DNA of 64,000 nt from assembly GCA_965602015.1 (NCBI GenBank), contig OZ271918.1, positions 2,080,001 to 2,144,000 on the forward strand, read 5' to 3'. Made by a program: the position numbers and the translations under genes. A model generated the notes under the pieces. That model had not been told where the DNA came from. It did no database searches and worked only from the letters and a program-made list of their open reading frames with translations. Positions 1 through 8,211 of the stretch are shown here, piece after piece. The first letter of the stretch is position 1. Every line of letters begins with the position of its first letter. Source of the DNA: Salinispira sp. (GTDB lineage: Bacteria; Spirochaetota; Spirochaetia; DSM-27196; Salinispiraceae).

Positions 1-1090
1 TTCCAAGTTCCAGCGCATTGGTGGAAACCACTCCCTGTATATCCCCGTCCCTCAATCCTCTCTCGATTTCCCGCCGTTCATTGGGAAGATAGCCCCCCCG
101 GTAGGACTCCACCCGGATGCGTTCATTATCGGAGTACATATTCGCCAGACTCTTGTTAATATAACTGGCAATGAGTTCGACCCTGACCCGGCTGCGGGCG
201 AAAACGATGGTTTTTACCCCTTTTCGCAGCAATGAGAGGGCGATTTTCTGGCTTTCCTTCACGGTTCCCTTACGGATGCCCTGAACCGCATCGACCAGCG
301 GCGGGTTATAGAGCACCAGATGCTTTTCCCCGGACGGCGCTCCGTTATTGTCTATCAGGGTCATGCCGCGGTTTGTCACCGCTTCGGCGAGCTCTTTGGG
401 ATTGCCAATGGTGGCGGAACAGCAGATAAAACGCGGCCGGCTGCCGTAAAAGCGGCAGACCCTGCTGATTCTCCGGACGAGGTTGGCCAGATGACTGCCG
501 TGTATACCCCGGTAGGCGTGGAGTTCATCGATAACAATGTAGCGGAGGTTTTTCAGGAACTTTATCCATTTCGGGTGATTGGGCAGGATGCCCGAATGCA
601 TCATATCGGGGTTGCTGATAATTATCTGTCCGGTTTCCCGTGCGCTGCTACGCAGGCTGGTCGGCGTGTCGCCGTCGTAGGTGGCGATTTTGACCCCCAG
701 TTCGGAACTCAGAGTCAATTCATTCAGGGCGGCCTGCTGATCCTGACTCAGAGCTTTTGTCGGAAAAAGGTAGAGCGCCCGGGAGTCGGGCTCCTGTAGA
801 ATTGTCTGCAGAACCGGAAGGTTGTAACTCAAGGTTTTACCGGAGGCCGTCGGGGTGACAATGACCAGGTCGTCCCCGGCGATGGACCGGGTGAATGCCT
901 CGGCCTGATGTGAATATAAACGGCCGATTCCCCGGTTCTTCAGCCCCTGGACGATACCGGGGTGAAGCTCAGGGGGCAGCGGTGCATAGCTGCCCGCCCG
1001 GGGAGGAATAACCTCCCAATGGGTGACCTGCTTCATAAAATCACTATCGCCACGGAGTGACTGAATAACCTCGGCGCTGTTCATGCTCAT
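1..1090 (-). CDS. DEAD/DEAH-box helicase, MrfA/YprA (Hrq1-like) family; 3' end runs off the window
   Basis: Not in the ORF track. Manual translation from ATG 1090/1084: MNSAEVIQSLRG...LYSHQAEA...TPTASGKTLSY...LFPTKALSQDQ...YDGDTP...NPDM...IDELHAYRG...SATIGNP...YRGGYLP...STNALELG. Confidence 0.9.
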   Translation of the reverse strand, partial: MSMNSAEVIQSLRGDSDFMKQVTHWEVIPPRAGSYAPLPPELHPGIVQGLKNRGIGRLYSHQAEAFTRSIAGDDLVIVTPTASGKTLSYNLPVLQTILQEPDSRALYLFPTKALSQDQQAALNELTLSSELGVKIATYDGDTPTSLRSSARETGQIIISNPDMMHSGILPNHPKWIKFLKNLRYIVIDELHAYRGIHGSHLANLVRRISRVCRFYGSRPRFICCSATIGNPKELAEAVTNRGMTLIDNNGAPSGEKHLVLYNPPLVDAVQGIRKGTVKESQKIALSLLRKGVKTIVFARSRVRVELIASYINKSLANMYSDNERIRVESYRGGYLPNERREIERGLRDGDIQGVVSTNALELG

Positions 1091-1213
1091 AATTTGTATA
1101 GTACCCGCTTTGGCAAAAAATTGACAGTTTTCCGCCGTATATCTTGCCTATCTTCCTTGAAGAGCGACCAACTTTATTTCAATATGGTAGTAGGTGCAAC
1201 ACCAGGAGGGACT

Positions 1214-2494
1214 ATGCCACAGGTACTAACGATTATCCTCGGAGGCGGAAAGGGAACCAGGTTATTTCCTCTGACAAAGGACCGGGCCAAGCCCGCGGTT
1301 CCCTTCGGCGCGAAATACCGCCTGGTAGACATTCCCATCAGCAATTCAATTAATGCAGGATTTAAAAACATCTATGTTCTTACCCAGTTTAACTCGGCCT
1401 CCCTCCACCTGCATCTGGCGAATACCTACATCTTTGATTCGTTTACCAAGGGCTTCGTCGAAATCCTTGCGGCGGAACAGAGTTTTACCGGACATGGATG
1501 GTATGAAGGCACAGCGGACGCAGTCAGGAAAAATCTCCACCACTTTAAGATTCAAAAACCCAGCCATTACCTCATCCTCTCCGGCGATCAGCTCTATCGG
1601 ATGGACCTGGCCGAGTTTTTCCTTCGGCACGTGGAAAGCGGCGCCGATGCGACGGTGGCCGCCACCCCCGTCAGCCGGGAAGATGCCGCGGGATTCGGCA
1701 TTCTCAACGCCAACACCCGGGGAACCATAAAGGAATTCGTGGAAAAACCGCCCCTCGACCAGGATATTGAGGGGATGGCTATTCCCGAGAGCATCCATCC
1801 CAGCCGAAGCATGCTGGAATCCGGAAGACGTTTCCTGGGGTCCATGGGAATCTACCTGTTCAAAGCCGATTGCCTGTACGAAGCCCTGGAAAATGATTTT
1901 ACCGATTTCGGCCACGAAATCATCCCGAGGATAATAAAAAAGAAAAAGGTTCAGTCCTACATCTATACGGGCTTCTGGGAGGATATCGGGACTATTCAGA
2001 ACTTCTACGAAACCAATCTCAATTTGGCAAGCATTAATCCGGCGTTCAATTTCTATGACGAAGCTATGCCGATTTACACTCATCGACGGGATCTGCCGGC
2101 GAGCAAGTTCAATTTTTCCTCGGTGAGTCAAACCCTGACGGCCGACGGATGCATCATTACCAATGCAAACATCAACAACTCCATTGTCGGCATTCGGACC
2201 CTGATCGAATCCGGCGCGAACCTTGACGGGGTAATCTGCATGGGCGCCGACTGGTATGAAACCGGTGAAGAACGGGAGCAAAACAGGTTGGAAAACCGCC
2301 CGGATATCGGCATCGGCAAAGGCGCGATGATACGTAAAACCATAATCGACAAAAACGCCCGCATCGGCGAGAGTTGCAGAATTGGATTGGACGATGTACC
2401 CCGGGAGGAAGGCGACCATGGCTTCTATCATGTTGTGGACGGAATAATTGTCATTCCGAAAAACAGCGTCATCCCCAACGGCACGGTAATTTAG
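1214..2494 (+). CDS. glgC: Glucose-1-phosphate adenylyltransferase (ADP-glucose pyrophosphorylase)
   Basis: ILGGGKGTRLFPLTKDRAKPAVPFG, WYEGTADAV, LSGDQLYRMD, FVEKP, SMGIY, WEDIGT motifs; SD GGAGGG before ATG 1214. Confidence 0.96.
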   Translation: MPQVLTIILGGGKGTRLFPLTKDRAKPAVPFGAKYRLVDIPISNSINAGFKNIYVLTQFNSASLHLHLANTYIFDSFTKGFVEILAAEQSFTGHGWYEGTADAVRKNLHHFKIQKPSHYLILSGDQLYRMDLAEFFLRHVESGADATVAATPVSREDAAGFGILNANTRGTIKEFVEKPPLDQDIEGMAIPESIHPSRSMLESGRRFLGSMGIYLFKADCLYEALENDFTDFGHEIIPRIIKKKKVQSYIYTGFWEDIGTIQNFYETNLNLASINPAFNFYDEAMPIYTHRRDLPASKFNFSSVSQTLTADGCIITNANINNSIVGIRTLIESGANLDGVICMGADWYETGEEREQNRLENRPDIGIGKGAMIRKTIIDKNARIGESCRIGLDDVPREEGDHGFYHVVDGIIVIPKNSVIPNGTVI

Positions 2495-2505
2495 CCGGTT
2501 CCGCT

Positions 2506-3489
2506 ATGAAAAAATGGTTAGCAAGTAACTGGTTCATGCTGGGCATCGCAGCGGCGGTTGCCGTCGGCTTTACGTTTCCGGAGGTTGCGGCGGCGAATCC
2601 CTCGGGGATAAGCTCGGACATTATCGTCATGCTAATGTTCCTGGGCATAGGCTTTACCCTGCCCAGCGAAGCCATACGCTCGGGTTTTTCCAACTGGCGG
2701 CTTCATGTTTTTCTCCAGGGCTTTATTTTCCTTCTCATACCGGGGTATATGCTTTTGGCCACCAGTATTCTTCCCTTCTCGCCGGAAATGCGCATTGGAC
2801 TGCTGGCCCTCTCGGTACTGCCCACGACGGTCTCAACGGCAATCGTCTTTACCCAGTCCGCAGGCGGGAATGTAATCGGAACCATGTTCAACTCAGCCCT
2901 GTCAAATATAGCAGGAGTATTTGTCTCGCCCCTGCTTCTATCCCTGCTTTTACGTCAGGCCGGAACGATAATGCCGATGTCCGTACTCGCGGGGATTATC
3001 GGGTCGCTGTTGTGGAAAATGATACTTCCCATGCTTATCGGGCAGATACTTCATCTCCGATTCAAGAAGCAGGCTAAAACCGCAAAAAAACCAATAGGGA
3101 AAATCAGCAATGTTCTTATTTTGCTGATAGTCCTGCTCTCGGTGGCAAAATCCGCGGGCAATCCTGAAATAATTGCCCGTGCGGGACAGTCTCTTCCGGT
3201 CGCCCTGTTTTTGGCGGCATCATTTTACATTCTACTTGCTTTGGCTACGGCGGGTTCCTCCCTGGCGGGTTTCAACGATAGCGATAAGATCAGCATCGCC
3301 TACGCGGCGCCCCAAAAGACCCTTGCCATGGGGGTGCCCCTTCTCAGCGCATATTTTTCCTCGGACCCGGATCTTCTGGGGCTGGCGCTTCTTCCTGTGC
3401 TTTTTTACCATCCCTGGCAGATACTAAATGCCGGGGTGATCAGAATGCTTCCGTTCAGCCGAAGGGTGTCCGCCGAGGAACGTCACTAA
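2506..3489 (+). CDS. Bile acid:sodium symporter family (SBF-like/YfeH) transporter
   Basis: About 10 hydrophobic segments; LPTTVSTAIVFT..AGGN and QKTLAMGVP motifs; ATG 2506 preferred over the longer track ORF. Confidence 0.85.
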   Translation: MKKWLASNWFMLGIAAAVAVGFTFPEVAAANPSGISSDIIVMLMFLGIGFTLPSEAIRSGFSNWRLHVFLQGFIFLLIPGYMLLATSILPFSPEMRIGLLALSVLPTTVSTAIVFTQSAGGNVIGTMFNSALSNIAGVFVSPLLLSLLLRQAGTIMPMSVLAGIIGSLLWKMILPMLIGQILHLRFKKQAKTAKKPIGKISNVLILLIVLLSVAKSAGNPEIIARAGQSLPVALFLAASFYILLALATAGSSLAGFNDSDKISIAYAAPQKTLAMGVPLLSAYFSSDPDLLGLALLPVLFYHPWQILNAGVIRMLPFSRRVSAEERH

Positions 3490-3498
3490 TGTCGTGTG

Positions 3499-3978
3499 TC
3501 ATGTTTGTGAGCCGTTGCCTTCCCCGGCGCGCATAAGCACAAGAAGGTCACGGTCGGAGGAGACAATCGCGTCAGGCGAAGCAAGCAGTTCGTCGATTTC
3601 CGCCGGTGTAAACCAGCGAACTTCCCGGTGCTCCCGCAGTTTTAGGATTTTATCGTTCAGATGGACCGCATAGGCGGAGACTACGTAGTGTTGACGGCGA
3701 TGTACAAATCGGCATTTTGCAAGGAACTCGCCGCAGCGGATGCGAACCGAAAATTCCTCTTCGAATTCCCTGATAAGAGCTTGGCAGTGGGTTTCCCCGG
3801 CCTCGCACTTGCCGCCGGGCAGCTCCCAGCGGCCGTCCATCTCGCCGCCGGCTGATTTCCGCAGTGCCAGCAAAGTACGGCCCCGGGAAAACGCCACGCC
3901 GGCGACAGAATGTTTCAGGCTATGATTCCCGACAGCGTCCGGGTGAGCCTGTCCCCCTGAAGGCTTAGATGACGACAA
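3499..3978 (-). CDS. NUDIX hydrolase (MutT/NudG-like)
   Basis: Nudix box WELPGGKCEAGETHCQALIREFEEEF. Confidence 0.88.
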   Translation of the reverse strand: MSSSKPSGGQAHPDAVGNHSLKHSVAGVAFSRGRTLLALRKSAGGEMDGRWELPGGKCEAGETHCQALIREFEEEFSVRIRCGEFLAKCRFVHRRQHYVVSAYAVHLNDKILKLREHREVRWFTPAEIDELLASPDAIVSSDRDLLVLMRAGEGNGSQT

Positions 3979-4390
3979 CTGAGGGGATAATGAAGTGAAC
4001 CAGGGCGATTATAACTAGGATGACTCCGATAAGAGTCTTCCGCCCCAGAAACAGCACCTCTATGCGGGCGAAAAATCCATCGAGCTCTCGTCCGTCTTCC
4101 ATCGCCTTCTTCAGAAAGTACTCGGCCATGAGCATAATCGACGCAAGAATCCCTGCGAGGGCGGGAAGTATGTCTCCGATTACCGGAATATCACCGGGGA
4201 ATGCAAAGATCAGCTTCAGCACCGAGAGGATTCCCATCACGATAGAAAGGATGATGAGGCTTCTCGGGGAGGATAATCCCTCTTCGTGAAAAAGTTCACC
4301 GCAGCGCAGTTTCTCATCAAAAAATGAAAAGCCCAGGACAAGGCCGGAATAGCCGAGGCTGAGAGCAAATAGGGTAAAAAGTTGGTACAT
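3965..4390 (-). CDS. Hypothetical membrane protein (4 TM)
   Basis: SD GGAGG, four hydrophobic stretches, co-oriented with and overlapping the NUDIX gene. Confidence 0.7.
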   Translation of the reverse strand: MYQLFTLFALSLGYSGLVLGFSFFDEKLRCGELFHEEGLSSPRSLIILSIVMGILSVLKLIFAFPGDIPVIGDILPALAGILASIMLMAEYFLKKAMEDGRELDGFFARIEVLFLGRKTLIGVILVIIALVHFIIPSVVVI

Positions 4391-4455
4391 GTATTCCTCC
4401 CGTCGGACTGCTTTTTCACGCGGTCCGTACCATAAAGGTAATCAAGTGCGCTGTA

Positions 4456-5094
4456 TTATTCCAGTTCCACCGGGGCTGTGAGGGAAAAATCCCACAAATC
4501 CCGGTCTCCGTCTGCTTGTACATCAATCTGCATCAGAATATTCAGGCTTTCCCGATCGTCGGGCACCGGCCCAGGAAGCCTGAGTCTGATGATTCTGTCC
4601 TGCCCGGGTTGATCGGGAAGCAGTTCGCTTGCCCGGGATAGCTGATCAGGGAGATCTTCGCGGTACGCCGCCAGCTCCAGCAGACCTGCAGACCCGGGAA
4701 TCAATTCGTTCAACGCAGCTATTCTCAGAGTGACCAGTATCTCATCGGCGAATTCGACGGCCCGCAGCTCATAGCGATGATCGCCGAACTCATTAACGCC
4801 GAGATTCGGCCTGAGGAAGGCATTGTAAATGATAAAAATAATGACGATGATGCTCACATCCAGCAGGAGTATCAGGGTGCCCTTGTTCTTGCGATACCAG
4901 GGCCGCTGATCGACATTGCCAACACTGTTGCCCGCAAGCTTCAGCCGGTCCTCGCGCTGATAGTGAAAGCGCAAGCGGTTCTCTTCCTCTTCCCGAGGAA
5001 GGGTATTCTCCCGGCTTCCGCCGGTTCGGCCTCGCCGAGGACCGTGATCACCGGCTCCCGACCCCGAGTTTTCTGAGCCGCTGAATCTGCTCAT
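4456..5094 (-). CDS. Hypothetical single-pass membrane protein
   Basis: ATGA overlap with nnr stop; one TM helix (LILLLDVSIIVIIFIIY). Confidence 0.65.
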   Translation of the reverse strand: MSRFSGSENSGSGAGDHGPRRGRTGGSRENTLPREEEENRLRFHYQREDRLKLAGNSVGNVDQRPWYRKNKGTLILLLDVSIIVIIFIIYNAFLRPNLGVNEFGDHRYELRAVEFADEILVTLRIAALNELIPGSAGLLELAAYREDLPDQLSRASELLPDQPGQDRIIRLRLPGPVPDDRESLNILMQIDVQADGDRDLWDFSLTAPVELE

Positions 5095-6782
5095 ATTCTC
5101 TCCCCCTCTAGCTGGACGAATTCACCGCAAAGCCGCCCGATTTCCGGAATTAACTCCGCAGCGGTAAACAGACCGCTGCGACGGTAACAACGCGAGGCCG
5201 CGAGCTGATGAAGGGCCACTGCCGCTGGCAGGGCCCGGCCGGCGTCGCCTTCGCGGAGAATAAAGGCTGCGGTGAGTCCGCTCAGCACATCTCCACTTCC
5301 CGCAGTGCCCAATGAGGGCTGGCGTCCGTCATACACCCATTTTTGTCCGGACGATCCGGCTATCCAGGTAACGGAAGATTTTATCGCTACCCAGCATTCA
5401 CGGGATTCGCCGGCGAAGCGGGAAATAATTTTCCCGGCGCTCTCCGACGGGTGTCGGAGGGTATCCCCGGTTGAACTGTCCAGCAGCATTGCGGCCTCGG
5501 CGGCGTGGGGCAGGAGTATGACAGGCGCGGGTCCCCGGGGAATGCCGCCCCGGCGGCGCAACTCAGCCAGCCAGTATAATCCGTCGGCATCGATAATCAA
5601 CGGCCGGTCCCCGGCCAGGAGCCGGGACAAAAGGGGAATAAAAATATGTTCATCGTCTGCTTCCCGGCCCAGACCGGGTCCGAACAAAAACGCCGAGGCC
5701 CAGTCGTCCACAGAATCATCGGTTGTCCGGCGGAACATAAGGGCGGGCTCGGATGACAGGGCCTCTGCGGTCCAGTCTACCGGACTGTTCACCCTCACCA
5801 TCCCGCCGCCGGACTTTAATGCCGCCCGCCCGGCCAAAACCGCTGCTCCAGCCATCCCCCTGCCGGCGCCGAACAGATCGATTTTTCCCTTGGTTCCCTT
5901 GTGGGAATCGGGATGCATTGGGCTCAGTAAATCGGGCAGAATGCCGGAAACCAGGATGCGGGCGGGGGCCTTTGCCTCCGCCTCCCCTACGACCCCCGCC
6001 GATTTGCTTTTCCCGACAGCCTTCCATCCTTCGCGGTACTCCCGCAGGACCTGCGACGGGAAGCCGGGTTTGATGATGCGGATTTCACCGCAATAGTTCC
6101 GGGCCGGGCTGGTATACATACAGGCACGGGGGAACTGGACAGCCAGGGTTACATCGCTATATAAAATCGGCCAATCGCCGCGATATGCATCAGAGAGGCC
6201 GCTGGGCAGGTCGAGGGCGAAGCGCATGGCTTGGCTCTGGTTCCACAGTTCGACCAGACTTCTTGTCCGCGGATCAGATAAGGCATCGGGGAAATTGCCA
6301 TCCCGGGAGCCGGTATCCCCACTGTATAAGGGACGGGTCAGTCCTGAACCCAGATACCCGTCGATTAACACCGCCGGCCGTGAGCCGGCCCCCGGCCCTG
6401 CAAAGCCGCTTTGATTGTCCCTGAGCCCCAAGCTCTCCAGCCGGGGCAGTACGGCATCAAGGCCATCTTCCCGAACGGTACAGATTGAACGGTCCAAGGT
6501 GCTGAGCATGGTCATAGGCAGGGGCTTGAGAGAGTGCTTAAGAAGGAAAATTTCCGAAGGGTATCCCTGATCCGACAAATGCCGGGCGCACACCAGGGCG
6601 TCGCCGCCATTGTGCCCCGGGCCAGCGAGGATTATCAGATCGGATAGCTCTCTGCCCCGAATCCATTTAAGAATTTCAGCGGCCATGAGGCGCCCGGCGT
6701 GTTCCATGAGGATAATTTCAGGAATGAGCTGAGCGCAGTCATGATCAAAACGCCTCATCTGCTCATTGGAAATGGCAAACAT
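5091..6782 (-). CDS. nnr: Bifunctional NAD(P)H-hydrate repair enzyme (NnrE epimerase + NnrD dehydratase)
   Basis: LMEHAG, GPGHNGGDA, LDLPSG, DSHKGTKG, GPGLG, IIDADGL, LGTAGSGDVLSG; SD GAGGAG before ATG 6782. Confidence 0.92.
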   Translation of the reverse strand: MFAISNEQMRRFDHDCAQLIPEIILMEHAGRLMAAEILKWIRGRELSDLIILAGPGHNGGDALVCARHLSDQGYPSEIFLLKHSLKPLPMTMLSTLDRSICTVREDGLDAVLPRLESLGLRDNQSGFAGPGAGSRPAVLIDGYLGSGLTRPLYSGDTGSRDGNFPDALSDPRTRSLVELWNQSQAMRFALDLPSGLSDAYRGDWPILYSDVTLAVQFPRACMYTSPARNYCGEIRIIKPGFPSQVLREYREGWKAVGKSKSAGVVGEAEAKAPARILVSGILPDLLSPMHPDSHKGTKGKIDLFGAGRGMAGAAVLAGRAALKSGGGMVRVNSPVDWTAEALSSEPALMFRRTTDDSVDDWASAFLFGPGLGREADDEHIFIPLLSRLLAGDRPLIIDADGLYWLAELRRRGGIPRGPAPVILLPHAAEAAMLLDSSTGDTLRHPSESAGKIISRFAGESRECWVAIKSSVTWIAGSSGQKWVYDGRQPSLGTAGSGDVLSGLTAAFILREGDAGRALPAAVALHQLAASRCYRRSGLFTAAELIPEIGRLCGEFVQLEGERI

Positions 6783-6936
6783 TCCGGGTTCCTCCTCGGA
6801 TTTTTCGCTGAAGCGCTCCGGCTCCCGCGCCAGGGCTTTCGCGCTTCTCAAGCACCCGCTTTGTGGCCCGCGCTTGGTCCCGTCCGCTGTTCCTCCCGCA
6901 CCCTGTTCCGGCGTATTGCTTCCAACGCCTCGGCGA

Positions 6937-8139
6937 TTAACGAAGCAGCCTGTCTGCCCTCCACCAGTAAATATCCACGCCTTCCGGGTCTCCCAGCAGA
7001 CCGGTAATTATGCCGTCCCGGGACACCTGGTAATCACTGGCGAAAATCTCGGGATTTTCAATTCGCAATCTTCGACGGGAAATGAGATTCCCGTTTCGGT
7101 CCATGATAATCAGGCTCTGCTCAAACCCGCTTGTCCTGCCGAGGAAAAATAAGTGCCCTCCGTCAGCGGTGCCGATAAAATCGTAGAGATACTGGATCTC
7201 CTGCATGCCGCCGGCGCCGGGAAGGGTTTGGGTGTTTTCGGGCAGCAGGAAAAAATCCCGGTAAATTCCTTCGGGGAGGTCGAGGCTGTACACCCGGGAC
7301 TCTACGCCCCGGTTTTCCGGAAGGATGTAATCAATCTGCATGTACAAGCGGAGATCTTCGGTATCCGGGCGTATCCCCGATAGTGAGGGACTGATGGAAG
7401 GGTCGGGCCCCGCCGGCAGATGAGCTTCGTCTATCCGAACGGCGAACAGCGCATCCCCTTCGGCATTGTACCAAAAGACTTCATATTCCGGACCGTTGCG
7501 GGTCGTGACGACGATATGATCGTTCGACGTAACTTCCAGGCCCATAATATGGGCAAATGGGGTGCCGCCAACGCCTTCCTGGCCAATGTAGTCGAGGTGC
7601 TGCCCGTCGGGGGCAAAGCGATGCACCACATGCTGAAGGACTGCGGCACTATCCTGATCAATCAGACGGCGCTCCGGAGCAACATGGTCCTCGGCCAGGA
7701 GTACATGGTTCGAGGTCACCGCGATTTCACCGATATCGTTAAAGGGAAAAACCACGGCAGTGCGGTTGACGATGGTGTCCTCGGACTGCAATGGAGACAG
7801 AAGGACCGGACGGGGGTTTTGATCCTCGTTATATTTTAGGGACAGCAAATCTCCGTAGGATGAAAACTCCATAATTTTGGCGCCCAGGGAGTTGGCTACA
7901 AAAATAAGTCCCTGATACATAAAGACGCGGTTCTTACGGTTGGGAAGGACAAGTCCGCGGTGAAAAAGATCGATCTCATCCTCAAGAAGTCCGATATTCA
8001 CGGTAAACAGCTTTTCTGCGGGCAAAATCTCTCCGCTGTCGCGCAGCGGCGAGCATGAAGTAACAGCACTCATCACAATGAGCAATATGATAATCACAGA
8101 TGTGGAAAAACCCGGGAAACGGGCAGCGGGCCGATGCAT
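6937..8139 (-). CDS. Spirochete-type putative lipoprotein (beta-rich), divergent from secA
   Basis: Hydrophobic signal ending AVTSC (lipobox-like); YIGQEGVGGTPF motif; 400 aa. Confidence 0.7.
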   Translation of the reverse strand: MHRPAARFPGFSTSVIIILLIVMSAVTSCSPLRDSGEILPAEKLFTVNIGLLEDEIDLFHRGLVLPNRKNRVFMYQGLIFVANSLGAKIMEFSSYGDLLSLKYNEDQNPRPVLLSPLQSEDTIVNRTAVVFPFNDIGEIAVTSNHVLLAEDHVAPERRLIDQDSAAVLQHVVHRFAPDGQHLDYIGQEGVGGTPFAHIMGLEVTSNDHIVVTTRNGPEYEVFWYNAEGDALFAVRIDEAHLPAGPDPSISPSLSGIRPDTEDLRLYMQIDYILPENRGVESRVYSLDLPEGIYRDFFLLPENTQTLPGAGGMQEIQYLYDFIGTADGGHLFFLGRTSGFEQSLIIMDRNGNLISRRRLRIENPEIFASDYQVSRDGIITGLLGDPEGVDIYWWRADRLLR

Positions 8140-8145
8140 GCTCAG

Positions 8146-8174
8146 ATACTAATGATGGCCCGCTGCTCTGTCAA
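8146..8174 (-). promoter_or_regulatory. sigma70 promoter TTGACA-N17-TAGTAT for the lipoprotein gene (probably leaderless)
   Basis: Consensus -35, 17-nt spacer, -10 followed by 6 nt and ATG 8139. Confidence 0.7.
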
Positions 8175-8176
8175 TC

Positions 8177-8205
8177 TTGACCCTCCAGTACCCTCTGTAT
8201 AGACT
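8177..8205 (+). promoter_or_regulatory. sigma70 promoter TTGACC-N17-TAGACT for secA (probably leaderless)
   Basis: Near-consensus hexamers, 17-nt spacer, 6 nt to ATG 8212, no SD. Confidence 0.7.
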
Positions 8206-8211
8206 CAGACC

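Noticed and set aside
320..799. Plus-strand 159-aa ORF (and 232..429)
   Set aside because: Antisense shadow of the minus-strand helicase, which carries clear SF2 motifs
1..1090. Helicase as part of a DISARM-like defence system
   Set aside because: Neighbours are housekeeping genes; no methyltransferase, PLD or SNF2 gene is visible; motifs fit MrfA/YprA
1346..2431. 361-aa antisense ORF
   Set aside because: Shadow of glgC caused by GC-rich codon usage; no motifs
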